DNA of 45,515 nucleotides from NCBI GenBank assembly GCA_964494435.1, contig CAZBSN010000001.1:1-45515 (forward strand), written 5' to 3'. Source of the stretch: an uncultured Candidatus Peribacteria bacterium (GTDB taxonomy: Bacteria > Patescibacteriota > Gracilibacteria > Peribacterales > Peribacteraceae). Positions 33,698 to 43,083 of the stretch are shown here, piece by piece (position 1 is the first letter of the stretch; every line of letters starts with the position of its first letter). Under the pieces are notes generated by a model that saw nothing but the letters and a program-made list of their open reading frames with translations, was not told the origin of the DNA and did not search any database. The position numbers and the translations under genes are program-made.

Positions 33698-34714
33698 ATG
33701 GATAGGCGTTCTGTCGCCATCGTCGGCTTAGGGTACTGGGGTCCGAACTTGCTCCGTAACTTCGGAGCGATCGACGGATGGGAAATGCGCTGGGCATGCG
33801 ACTTGAAGGAAGCGAATTTGGCGAAGGTGCGAGCAAACTATCCAAGCGTGAAGACGACTTCGTCCTATGACGACCTCTTGAACGATGCAACGTTGGATCT
33901 CATCGTCGTTGCAACTCCCACGAAGTCACACTTTGATCTCGCAAAGAAAGCACTCGAAGCAGGCAAGCATGTCTTCGTCGAGAAACCGTTGGCGTCGTCC
34001 TCGAAGGAAGGAGAAGAATTGATCGCACTCGCAAAAACGAAAGGCAAGCTCCTCTTCGTCGACCACACGTTCGCCTTTGCCGGAGCAGTCCGAAAGTTAA
34101 AAGACTTGATGAGCGCGGGCGAGCTCGGCGAGCTGTATTACTTCGACTCCACCCGCATCAACCTCGGACTTATTCAGCCCGATGTGAACGTCCTCTGGGA
34201 TCTTGCGATCCACGATCTCGCAATGCTCGCCCAACTGAAAGATCTCAAAGGCATTAAGTCTGTCTTCGCCCACGGCAGCAGCTACCACGGCGAGCACCGG
34301 GAGATCGGGCACCTGCATCTTTCCTGGAACGACGGCTTTGACGCGCACATTCACGTGAGTTGGCTTTCACCAGTAAAGGTTCGCCAAACGATCATCGGCG
34401 GTACGAAGAAGATGGTGCTCTTCGATGACATTCACCCATCGGAGAAACTCAAGATCTACGACACGGGCATTCAGAAAGGACAATTGGGAGAGATGAAACC
34501 CGCCGACCCGCTCTTCCCGGTCTACCGTTCGGGCGATGTGCTCATTCCAAAGTTGGATACGACAGAAACATTGAGAGTGGAACTTCTCCATGTGCTCGCA
34601 TGTCTCAACGGAACGGAGAAACCAATCGTTGGAGGTGAGGACGGTCTTATTGTCCTTCATATCCTTGAAGCTGCTGACAAATCTCTCGCATCCCATTCCC
34701 CCGTCGATCTATGA
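33698..34714 (+). CDS. Gfo/Idh/MocA-family sugar-nucleotide 3-dehydrogenase (WbpB/GnnA-like)
   Basis: 'RSVAIVGLGYWGPNLLRNF' (Rossmann) and 'HVFVEKPLASS' (EKP motif). The GTG 33680 alternative is possible. Confidence 0.85.
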   Translation: MDRRSVAIVGLGYWGPNLLRNFGAIDGWEMRWACDLKEANLAKVRANYPSVKTTSSYDDLLNDATLDLIVVATPTKSHFDLAKKALEAGKHVFVEKPLASSSKEGEELIALAKTKGKLLFVDHTFAFAGAVRKLKDLMSAGELGELYYFDSTRINLGLIQPDVNVLWDLAIHDLAMLAQLKDLKGIKSVFAHGSSYHGEHREIGHLHLSWNDGFDAHIHVSWLSPVKVRQTIIGGTKKMVLFDDIHPSEKLKIYDTGIQKGQLGEMKPADPLFPVYRSGDVLIPKLDTTETLRVELLHVLACLNGTEKPIVGGEDGLIVLHILEAADKSLASHSPVDL

Positions 34715-35175
34715 CGAAGAAAATCGCACCCGACGTTGTCTTGGGAAAGGATGTGATCCTTCGTGATTTCGTGAACATCTACGGGTGTGAGATTGGTGAT
34801 GATTCGCAGATTGGACCTTTTACGGAAATCCAACGCGGCGTGAAGATCGGAAAGCGCTGCAAAATATCGAGCCACAGTTTCCTCTGCAGCGGCGTGACGA
34901 TTGAGGACGGCGTCTTTATTGGTCATGGAGTGATGTTCACGAACGATAAGCTTCCACGGGCACTTCGGAAGGACGGGACGCTCCAAACAGCGGATGATTG
35001 GGAATGTGTACCAACACTTGTAAAAGCAGGTGCATCAATTGGAACAAACGCGACCATCCTTCCCGGTATCACGATTGGGAAGAACGCGCTGGTTGGAGCA
35101 GGCGCTGTTGTCACAAAGGATGTTCCAGACGGAGCAACGGTCGTCGGCAATCCGGCAAAACCACTGGGCGCATGA
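34711..35175 (+). CDS. hexapeptide-repeat (LbH) N-acetyltransferase (WbpD-like)
   Basis: 154 aa of [LIV]-G-x4 repeats ('IGDDSQIGPFTEIQRGVKIGKRCKISSHSFLCSGVTIEDGVFIGHGVMF', 'AGASIGTNATILPGITIGKNALVGAGAVV'). ATGA overlaps on both sides. Confidence 0.85.
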   Translation: MTKKIAPDVVLGKDVILRDFVNIYGCEIGDDSQIGPFTEIQRGVKIGKRCKISSHSFLCSGVTIEDGVFIGHGVMFTNDKLPRALRKDGTLQTADDWECVPTLVKAGASIGTNATILPGITIGKNALVGAGAVVTKDVPDGATVVGNPAKPLGA

Positions 35176-36260
35176 TTCGTTTCCTCGATTTGCAGGCGCA
35201 GTACAAAAGCATCCAACCGGACGTGGATATCGCAATGAAGAAGGTGCTAGACAGTTCTGCCTACGTCCTCGGTCCAAGCGTCGAAGCGTTCGAGAAAGAC
35301 TTCGCGACATTCTGCGGAGCCAAGCACTGCATCGGCCTCAACTCCGGCACGGCTGCGCTCGCATTACTCATGCAGGCCAACGGCATTGGACCAGGAGATG
35401 AAGTGATCACGGTGGCGAACTCCTTCTTCGCCTCAGCGGAGGCGATTTCACAGATCGGCGCGACACCGGTCTTGGTTGATTGCATCGAAGAAACGGCATT
35501 GATGAATCCAGATCTCCTGGAAGCCGCAATCACCTCCAAAACGAAGGCAATCATCCCTGTGCATCTCTATGGACAACCGGCAGATATGGATGAAATCCTC
35601 GCCATCGCACGGAAGCACAACGTATTGGTCTTCGAAGATGCATGTCAGGCACACGGAGCGGAGTACAAAGGAAAGCGAACGGGTGGACTCGCGAACGGTG
35701 CGGCATTCAGCTTCTATCCCGGCAAGAATCTCGGAGCTTATGGTGACGCTGGAGCCATTACGACAAACGATGATGGAGTTGCTGCACGTGTCCGCATGCT
35801 GCGCGATCATGGATCGGCCGTGAAATACACGCACGAAGCGATCGGTTGGAACGAGCGGATGGATGGATTGCAGGGAGCGGTGCTCGGCGTAAAGCTTTCG
35901 CATCTCCTGAAGTGGAATGAGCAAAGACGCGCGGTTGCAGATCAGTATCGATCTCTTCTCCCCGCCTCTGTGCGAACGATCGGCATGGGCATGAATCGCG
36001 TTTCGGCGATGCATCTCTTCGTCATACGCATAGCAGACCGTGATCGAGTTCAAGCAGAACTCACTGCTCAAGGTATCCAGACGAGTATTCATTACCCCGT
36101 GCCAATCCACCTGCAGCCGGCCTATAAAGGTCGCTGGAAGCTTGGCGATTTCCCCGTTTCTGAGCGCCTCGCGAAGGACATTCTCTCGCTCCCCATGTAC
36201 GCCGAACTTTCCTCGGCGGACGTTGAGACTGTCGCCAAGGCTCTGCATGCGCTAGCGTAA
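35172..36260 (+). CDS. DegT-family sugar aminotransferase (WbpE/GnnB-like)
   Basis: Start ATG 35172. 'IRFLDLQAQY', 'GLNSGTAALAL' and 'AFSFYPGKNLGAYGDAGAITTND' (PLP lysine). Confidence 0.9.
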   Translation: MIRFLDLQAQYKSIQPDVDIAMKKVLDSSAYVLGPSVEAFEKDFATFCGAKHCIGLNSGTAALALLMQANGIGPGDEVITVANSFFASAEAISQIGATPVLVDCIEETALMNPDLLEAAITSKTKAIIPVHLYGQPADMDEILAIARKHNVLVFEDACQAHGAEYKGKRTGGLANGAAFSFYPGKNLGAYGDAGAITTNDDGVAARVRMLRDHGSAVKYTHEAIGWNERMDGLQGAVLGVKLSHLLKWNEQRRAVADQYRSLLPASVRTIGMGMNRVSAMHLFVIRIADRDRVQAELTAQGIQTSIHYPVPIHLQPAYKGRWKLGDFPVSERLAKDILSLPMYAELSSADVETVAKALHALA

Positions 36261-36264
36261 ACCG

Positions 36265-36966
36265 GTGCCATCCCTCTCGATTGTCATCCCAGCCTACAAC
36301 GAAGCCGCCACGATCGCGGATATCGTGCAGCGGTGTGATGCCGTGGCGTCGAGATGTACGAACGACTACGAGGTGATTGTGATGGACGACTGCTCGAAGG
36401 ATGAGACGTCGACCATTCTCCAGAGCTTGAAACCGAAATTCCCAAAACTCCGCGCTGAGCGTCATGTTGTAAATGGCGGAATTGCGAAAACATTTGAAGA
36501 TTTATATGCACTCGCAAGCAAAGAGTACGTGTTCCTTGTGTCGGGCGACGGACAATATCCTCCAGAGCTCGTTGAGAGGTGTATGCCGCTCTTAAACGAG
36601 GCAGACATCATCATCTGCAATCGCACGACGAAGCACTACACGCTCTTGCGTCTCGTCATCTCGTGGGGCTACCGCTGGATGCCGCGAATCTTGTTCGGCG
36701 TCGATCTCTACGACTCTGGCAGCGTGAAGCTCGTTCCGCGCGAGGTGTACCAGAAGATCTCCGTGACCTCGACGAGCGTCTTTGTCGAGGCTGAGCGCAT
36801 TATTCGAGCTGCGAAACGCGGCTACAGGATAGGAAAAATCGACTTCGAGCAGGTGGAACGCAAAGGCGGCAAAGCGCACGGCGGAAAGCCATCCGTTATC
36901 TTGAAATCGATTGGCGATATGCTGCGTTGTTGGTGGGAATTGGAGGTGCTCAGACGACCGGCGTGA
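36265..36966 (+). CDS. GT2 glycosyltransferase, polyprenyl-phosphate sugar synthase-like (Dpm1/GtrB/ArnC type)
   Basis: GTG start. 'LSIVIPAYNEAATI', 'VIVMDDCSKDET' and 'VSGDGQYPP'. 233 aa with no C-terminal TM helices. Confidence 0.8.
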   Translation: MPSLSIVIPAYNEAATIADIVQRCDAVASRCTNDYEVIVMDDCSKDETSTILQSLKPKFPKLRAERHVVNGGIAKTFEDLYALASKEYVFLVSGDGQYPPELVERCMPLLNEADIIICNRTTKHYTLLRLVISWGYRWMPRILFGVDLYDSGSVKLVPREVYQKISVTSTSVFVEAERIIRAAKRGYRIGKIDFEQVERKGGKAHGGKPSVILKSIGDMLRCWWELEVLRRPA

Positions 36967-36969
36967 CAA

Positions 36970-38136
36970 CTAGACGTAAATAACGAACTTATAGAGGATA
37001 AAATTCCACGCAACCATGCATGCGATCACGAGTAATTTCGCAATGAGTTCATCCACACCCAACCCGTCCACAAATCCCCAGAGAAGAACCGTCGAAGCGA
37101 ACAGATTCCAGAGTCCCAGCATGCAGTACTTGAAAAAATGGGATGCAAATTTGGAGTGCTGACGGAATGCGACGTACTTATGAAGGAGGAACGCGCTGAT
37201 GAACCCAATGACCTCGCTCATGACGGACGCGCCGACGTACCAGACGTCCAACCACAGGAGCAGCGTGTATAACCCCACGTTGATTGCGGTCGCAGTTCCA
37301 CCTGTGAAGAGGTACGTGACGAATTGTCCAAGCGGTAGACGATGTAGCGGTGAACTTTCGACGATCAAGAGCAGTGGATACGCAAGGAATTGGAGTTCAT
37401 ATTGAAGCGGCAACCGCTTCCCTCTTCCTGGTGTGACGGACAGAGCAATAAGCCGCAGGGCAAAGCCAAAAAATGAGCGGACATTCCAGAGCAAAACCCA
37501 GTACAACCACTGGCCAAACGGGAGTCTCGCCGCACGTTCCACTTCGAGCGCGAGGTAGCGACGATACTTGGGCCAGAGTTCCGACGGCGGTGAAAGTGGA
37601 ATGAGGAGATCCCCTGCCAGATGACCGACGGTCGCACCGGGAACGAGATCCAATCGTTCATGAATCGGTTTTACGAAGTTGATAATCCTCTCTCGGCGCG
37701 CGAGACGGACGTGAAGTGCGGGGTACGCGGCAGCTCGTTCAATCTTTTCGCCATTGATGACGAAGCGGCGGAACGCCGTGTACGCGTCGTGTTTCCCAGA
37801 TGCGAGGACATCCCGAATAGATGCGAGGAATTCAGGCGTGAGCGTTTCGTCGGAGTCGACGTAGAGAAACCATGGCTGATTCGCGAGCATGAGACCGGCG
37901 TTTCTGACGGAAGCGAAGTCACGTATGCGGCCGGAGGGCTCCAAAAATTCGCGCGGCTGATCGTGAATGGCAACATTCGAAAAAGTGGACGCGATGCTGC
38001 GCGAGTCGTCTGTGGAATAACCATCGAGCACGATCACCTGGGCAAACTCTCGAAGGCCTTCAAGGCACGCAGAAATGGTCTTTCCCGCGTTATGGGTAAG
38101 AACGAGCACGCTGCAGGGAATAGGAATGGTCGTCAT
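36970..38136 (-). CDS. GT2 glycosyltransferase fused to a C-terminal GtrA-like 4-TM domain
   Basis: N-terminal 'CSVLVLTHNAGKTI', 'VIVLDGYSTDDS' and 'YVDSDETL'. The C-terminal 'FVTYLFTGGTATAINVGLYTLLL ... WNFILYKFVIYV' is the GtrA signature layout. Confidence 0.8.
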   Translation of the reverse strand: MTTIPIPCSVLVLTHNAGKTISACLEGLREFAQVIVLDGYSTDDSRSIASTFSNVAIHDQPREFLEPSGRIRDFASVRNAGLMLANQPWFLYVDSDETLTPEFLASIRDVLASGKHDAYTAFRRFVINGEKIERAAAYPALHVRLARRERIINFVKPIHERLDLVPGATVGHLAGDLLIPLSPPSELWPKYRRYLALEVERAARLPFGQWLYWVLLWNVRSFFGFALRLIALSVTPGRGKRLPLQYELQFLAYPLLLIVESSPLHRLPLGQFVTYLFTGGTATAINVGLYTLLLWLDVWYVGASVMSEVIGFISAFLLHKYVAFRQHSKFASHFFKYCMLGLWNLFASTVLLWGFVDGLGVDELIAKLLVIACMVAWNFILYKFVIYV

Positions 38137-39161
38137 GCGCCTGCGTGAACGAATCGATCCATTTTTTCTATAATTCCGTCGAGACTGTGCCGCTCTCGAA
38201 CGATCTCGTAGAGCTCCTCATCGGAAATGGGCAGTTGGTTTGTGAAGAATTGGACGACGGCAGCAATTTCGCGCGGCTCATCGGTCGCGGGAGCTGCCGG
38301 AAGCCCGATTGCTTCGGCGTTGCGCGCAGTCGTGACGGGATAACAACCGCACGTCATTGCTTCAATCATCGTCTTATCGATCGTCTCACTCGCCATGTTC
38401 AGAATGAGACGATGATTTGTGTAGATGTCTGGGAGCAGGCGCGATGCGATCGTGCCATGGAACGTGACGCGGCTCTGCAGACTGAGTACACGAACGAGTT
38501 GCTGCATTTCGATGACGTACTCAGGCTCGGCTTCAATACCGTAGATGTCGACTGTGTAGGATTCAGGAAGCAAACTCAGCGCTTCGAGGACAAGCTCCAA
38601 TCGCTTGCTTCGCGCGAGGCGTAAGACGACGAGAAGCTTATGAGGATCAGGACAATGGTTGGCTCTCTGAGGCCAATAGGAGAGATCGACGCCATGCCCC
38701 ACGATAATCTTTTTAGGACTGTGTTCGTACTGTGGAAGGCTCTGTCTCGTCGCGGCAAAGAGACGCTTTCCATAGAAACCGAGGAGCCAGAGACCAATCT
38801 GCATCTTGTAGTGCGTGTACCAGAGATAGACGGGTACACGACGGACGAGCCACACCGGCGCACCAATCGCTCCCCACACCGGCGTCATGTGAATGAAGAC
38901 TCTGTCATAGCGCATGGTGCTGATGAGCCACAGGAATCGAAGAATCTGCATAAACTTGGATGAGCCATGTTCTTTGCCGAGCGAGTGCACGTCGAATGTC
39001 GGTGGCCTTGGTCGCCCAAGAGCGGACATTGCTTCATCTGGTTGCCATTCAAGACACACGACAGAAACGTTATAGCCGCGCTTCTGCCATGCCTCGACCC
39101 ACAGGACTGTGAATGCGTCCTGTCCGTGAAGTTTCTGGGTGATGAAGAGAAGATCCATCAT
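38133..39161 (-). CDS. GT-B fold glycosyltransferase (divergent GT4/GT1-like)
   Basis: 342 aa. The C-terminal half carries the 'ASETIDKTMIEAMTCGCYPVTT' E-x7-E-like block. ATGA overlaps at both ends. Confidence 0.6.
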   Translation of the reverse strand: MMDLLFITQKLHGQDAFTVLWVEAWQKRGYNVSVVCLEWQPDEAMSALGRPRPPTFDVHSLGKEHGSSKFMQILRFLWLISTMRYDRVFIHMTPVWGAIGAPVWLVRRVPVYLWYTHYKMQIGLWLLGFYGKRLFAATRQSLPQYEHSPKKIIVGHGVDLSYWPQRANHCPDPHKLLVVLRLARSKRLELVLEALSLLPESYTVDIYGIEAEPEYVIEMQQLVRVLSLQSRVTFHGTIASRLLPDIYTNHRLILNMASETIDKTMIEAMTCGCYPVTTARNAEAIGLPAAPATDEPREIAAVVQFFTNQLPISDEELYEIVRERHSLDGIIEKMDRFVHAGA

Positions 39162-40264
39162 GCGATCGATTGAAGAAATCTCGCGTAGCGTGCAATGGAG
39201 GTGTCTCGTTCGTGTTGTTCGGTGATGTGCATCGCATTATTCCCGATCGTTGCACGAAGTTCTGGGTTCGCGAGGAGCGGACGGATCACCTCTGCAAATG
39301 CTTCGGGTGTGCTCTCGGCGAGGAATCCATTTTGTCCGTGGACAATGACATCGGGCATGACGCCGACCTTCGTCGAGACAACGGGCAACCCCAACATCAT
39401 CGCTTCGAGGGCGACTCTAGGACCGCCTTCGCTGAGTGATGGCTGGACGAAGATTCGAGCAGATTTCATCATGCGCAGAACATCCTCCGGCCTCGGCAGC
39501 CACCCGCGGAATGTGACTCTGGGAGACACTCCAAGACTCCTTGCGAGAGCCTCCCATTCCGCGCGTTTGGGACCATCGCCAATGACAACGAGCGTCGCAT
39601 GTGGCAGGAGCTGTAACGTGCGGAGGATCAGCGGCAGATTTTTGTTGGCCACGAGCCTGGAACAGAACGCGAGATCGACTGACTGTGGAACGTCGCCAAC
39701 TGTATCGCGCATTCTGGTATCGAGATAGAACGATGGCACGACGTGAATGAGCGACTGTTGCACACCCCACTGCTTCAGATGATCCACCATTCCCTTATTG
39801 ACGACACGAACCGCTTGGAAACGTTTCGTGAGCCACGGAAGTTTGATACGTGAGAGGATACGAGCGACATGCTCCTGTGTTGTTGCGGCAACGGGAGAGC
39901 CAACGATGTGATGCACTTCGATCGAAACAGGGATCCCCGTCTTCTTTCTCAGCCGCAACGCACCCCACGCATGATGGAACGGCGGCGACGCCTGTACGGT
40001 TGCGACCTTGTGCCCGTAGCGCTTCACCAAGTCCGTGCCAAACCGTGACACCCAACCAGAATGACGCAGCATTCCCACGGGAGCCGGGTGCATGTGGACG
40101 TTTTCTGGAACAAGTTGCCTCCATGCTTCGCAATTGCCGGCGATAAACGGACAAAGAACGTCGATACGCTCGAAGTGCTGACTCAAACCTTGAAGCGTCA
40201 CCAGAAAGGGCCCTCGTTTTCCTGCAACGACAGCTCTATCGCCTGTGATCATTAGTAGGTTCAT
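39158..40264 (-). CDS. GT4-family glycosyltransferase
   Basis: 'PSLSEGGPRVALEAMMLGLPVVSTKVGVMPDVIVHGQNGFL'. Confidence 0.85.
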   Translation of the reverse strand: MNLLMITGDRAVVAGKRGPFLVTLQGLSQHFERIDVLCPFIAGNCEAWRQLVPENVHMHPAPVGMLRHSGWVSRFGTDLVKRYGHKVATVQASPPFHHAWGALRLRKKTGIPVSIEVHHIVGSPVAATTQEHVARILSRIKLPWLTKRFQAVRVVNKGMVDHLKQWGVQQSLIHVVPSFYLDTRMRDTVGDVPQSVDLAFCSRLVANKNLPLILRTLQLLPHATLVVIGDGPKRAEWEALARSLGVSPRVTFRGWLPRPEDVLRMMKSARIFVQPSLSEGGPRVALEAMMLGLPVVSTKVGVMPDVIVHGQNGFLAESTPEAFAEVIRPLLANPELRATIGNNAMHITEQHERDTSIARYARFLQSIA

Positions 40265-41340
40265 AACAGGCTGGAGAAGAGCGACAGATGTTCGTGAGCG
40301 AGTGTATCCCAGGTTCGTTCTGGAATGGCTTCCGCTGCGCGTAGAGCGAGTGTGTCGTAGCGCCCTCGAACATCCTCCACCGCTCGCGCGATGTCCGCAG
40401 GCGTGCGAAGTGTGGCTGTCACCATTCCATCAAGTAATGCTCGACTCAGGCCAGTTTCTTGCGTGAGAAGTACGGGCAAGCCCGCTGCACGAGCCTCCAG
40501 AGCAGCATTCGGGCTGATATCCGTGAAGGATGGCAGAACGAACAGATCGTGCTCTCGCAGAGCTTTTTCCTTCGACTCGCCGTGGAGTGGTGGAAGAAAC
40601 GTGACGCGCGAGGAGAGATCCAATTCTGCAACATCTGAACGAAGATTGTTTTCGACCGGCCCCTGTCCCACGAGTGTCAGAGTTGCGTTGGGAATGAGTT
40701 CGAGAGCTTCGATGAGCGATGAAATATTTTTAAACGCCACAAAGCGACCGAGGAAGAGGAGTCGAAACGGTTCATGTGGAGTGTGACGAACTGGCTGCAT
40801 CGGTGGAATGACGTTCTCAACAACCTGTGCAGATGGAAGATCACGATAAATCTTGCGATAGAGCTCTTCTTGGAACGTCGTGGAGAAAATAATCGCATCG
40901 AACGTCTGGAAGAGACCGTTGATGGCGCCCATGAACATCGGCGTGTTCTCATACCATTCGCTCAACCCCTTTGCCTCTCCGCGATCCGTCGCACGCTCCC
41001 ACAAGAAATCCCCTCCCAGTCGCAACACGGTCTTCGGTCTGCGTAGATGTGCCATCCAGAGTGGAACACCGACGCTCACCGGTGAGAAGCATTCCACGAT
41101 ATCCGCATCCTTTGCGATCATACGAAGAGTACGGGCATAACGGATGTACCGGACGATGGGCCCGCCGCTGCGGGAGACTCTCACTATGCCGTTCTTGTGG
41201 TCATCATGGTGTGGCAACCCGTAGGTGATGACCTGAACAACATGCCCCTGCAATCGCAGGACGTGCGAAAGCTCGCGCACGTAGGTCGCCGGCCCCCCAA
41301 TTTCAGGAGGATAGATACCCGTGGCGAGCACGATCTTCAT
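40261..41340 (-). CDS. GT4-family glycosyltransferase
   Basis: 'MKIVLATGIYPPEIGGPATYVRELSHVLRLQGHVVQVITYG' and 'PSFTDISPNAALEARAAGLPVLLTQETG'. Confidence 0.9.
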   Translation of the reverse strand: MKIVLATGIYPPEIGGPATYVRELSHVLRLQGHVVQVITYGLPHHDDHKNGIVRVSRSGGPIVRYIRYARTLRMIAKDADIVECFSPVSVGVPLWMAHLRRPKTVLRLGGDFLWERATDRGEAKGLSEWYENTPMFMGAINGLFQTFDAIIFSTTFQEELYRKIYRDLPSAQVVENVIPPMQPVRHTPHEPFRLLFLGRFVAFKNISSLIEALELIPNATLTLVGQGPVENNLRSDVAELDLSSRVTFLPPLHGESKEKALREHDLFVLPSFTDISPNAALEARAAGLPVLLTQETGLSRALLDGMVTATLRTPADIARAVEDVRGRYDTLALRAAEAIPERTWDTLAHEHLSLFSSLL

Positions 41341-41374
41341 ACGACCTAGTATGGCTCAAAACGCGGCTGTTTGC

Positions 41375-42502
41375 TCAGGCGATCGTGCGTTCAACCTGCA
41401 CCGACTTTACTGCTTTGCGTACGCCCTTTTGAAGAATCGCCTGTGACTCATCGAACGCCTGCTTCTCCTTTGCGAAGATCATCTTTGAAAATTCCGCGAG
41501 GAGCCATTCTTGATGTTGGAGGTACCACTGCACCGTCTTTGTGATGCTCTCTTCGAACGTCTTCGGGTAGTGGAATCCCATCGCCGCAAGTTTGGATCCG
41601 TCGAGTGCGTAACGAAGATCGTGTCCCGGACGGCTGGAATGGAAGTCGACGAGTTCGTAGTTGAGGTCCTTACCAACAGCCTGCGCAATCATTTTGGCAA
41701 GCGTGAGGTTATCAACTTCGCGCTCACCAACGATGTTGAACTTGTCACCAAGCTCGACGTTGCCTTGCTCGAACTGATCAATGAGGAAGAGCATCGCCGC
41801 GCAGACGTTGCGGGCGTGAACGTAGAAACGGCTTCCTGCAGCGGTTCTCTCAGGGTTACTGTGAATGAAGAGTCTTTCGCCATGGAGAGCGGCGTTGATG
41901 GTCTTGGGGATGAACTTCTCCGGATGCTGACGCTCACCGAACACGTTCATCGTGTGCGTGATCATTGCGGGGAAGTTGTAGGTGTTGTGATACGCGACCA
42001 CGAGTTCTTCACCACCGGCCTTTGATGCGGCGTACGGATTGCTGGAACGATAACGATCCCATTCCTTGAACGCGACGCCTGCGGGAGCTGGGCCAAAGAC
42101 TTCGTCCGTGCTGAAGTAGAGGAACAAATCGAGACCATCGAGCATGCGTGCGTATTCGAGCAAGTTGCATGTGCCAACGACGTTGTCTTGGACAAACTCC
42201 ATGGGGAACTCAATCGAGCGATCCACGTGCGTCGAAGCCGCGAGGTGGAAGATGTAGTTCACCGGTCCAATGCGGTTTGCGACGTACGGATTAATGGGTG
42301 AGCGAAGATCGTGATAGATGAACTCCACACGTCCTGCGAACTCCGTCTTCCAGCGATCGATGTCTTCGAGGCGGTGAAGCGTCGATGCCATGTCGATTTT
42401 GCTGAGTCCAATGACCGTCCAGTCAGTGGATTTAAGGATTCCTTCGGCAATGTGGTGGCCGATGAAACCGTCTATACCTGTGAGGAGGACGCGCTTCTTC
42501 AT
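41375..42502 (-). CDS. NDP-hexose 4,6-dehydratase (RmlB/dTDP-glucose 4,6-dehydratase-like extended SDR)
   Basis: 'RVLLTGIDGFIGHHI', 'FSTDEVFG' and 'PYAASKAGGE'. There is a ~35-aa C-terminal extension. Confidence 0.8.
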   Translation of the reverse strand: MKKRVLLTGIDGFIGHHIAEGILKSTDWTVIGLSKIDMASTLHRLEDIDRWKTEFAGRVEFIYHDLRSPINPYVANRIGPVNYIFHLAASTHVDRSIEFPMEFVQDNVVGTCNLLEYARMLDGLDLFLYFSTDEVFGPAPAGVAFKEWDRYRSSNPYAASKAGGEELVVAYHNTYNFPAMITHTMNVFGERQHPEKFIPKTINAALHGERLFIHSNPERTAAGSRFYVHARNVCAAMLFLIDQFEQGNVELGDKFNIVGEREVDNLTLAKMIAQAVGKDLNYELVDFHSSRPGHDLRYALDGSKLAAMGFHYPKTFEESITKTVQWYLQHQEWLLAEFSKMIFAKEKQAFDESQAILQKGVRKAVKSVQVERTIA

Positions 42503-42569
42503 AATGTGAAAAGGAGTGTAGCAGTGTTGCAGAGGAATGGGGCCGCTTCAACCCCAAAAAGGCCTGTTT

Positions 42570-43082
42570 TTAGCGATCTCTTGAGAAAATATTCTCGCCA
42601 GTCCTGGTGAGGGCTTCGAAGTACCACCGGAGATACGGGTGATCATTCGGCAACTGTTTTGACCACTTCCACTCCCCCGACTGGTCATCGAGCGTGACGG
42701 AAGCGTCTTTCTCGACGTCGATCAGTGCAGCCGTCGCGATGTAGTGAATGCACGTTGCTTCCTGGCCATAACGTTCACGATCGGAGGGCGAGAAGGTGGT
42801 CGCATCGAAGAGCTCTTCATTCCATTCAGGCGTAATGCAGATGAGTGTTCCCTTCATCCCCATTTCATCGGCGAGAAGATTGTGCACAGCGTCCTGCACG
42901 CGTTCACCATTCATGAGCCGACCGCCCGGCACCCACCACTCTCCTTTGAGCGGTTCATTGAGACGCTTCACGAAGAGAAATTCTCCAACGGGATTGCGAA
43001 TGATGAGATTTACCGATGGCAGCGGAAAATGCTGAACAGCACTCTTGAAGACTCCCGGTGGCGAGTGGCGACGTGAGGACAT
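42570..43082 (-). CDS. NUDIX hydrolase (GDP-mannose mannosyl hydrolase-like size)
   Basis: Start ATG 43082, 1 nt after the upstream stop. Nudix box 'GEWWVPGGRLMNGERVQDAVHNLLADEMGM'. Confidence 0.8.
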   Translation of the reverse strand: MSSRRHSPPGVFKSAVQHFPLPSVNLIIRNPVGEFLFVKRLNEPLKGEWWVPGGRLMNGERVQDAVHNLLADEMGMKGTLICITPEWNEELFDATTFSPSDRERYGQEATCIHYIATAALIDVEKDASVTLDDQSGEWKWSKQLPNDHPYLRWYFEALTRTGENIFSRDR

Positions 43083-43083
43083 G

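Noticed and set aside
42503-42569. Possible terminator between the NUDIX and dehydratase genes (GGGGTTGAAGCGGCCCC and AAAAACAGGCCTTTTT on the sense strand).
   Set aside because: The stems are only 4-5 bp (or A-U only) and no U-tract follows the GC stem. This is too weak to call.
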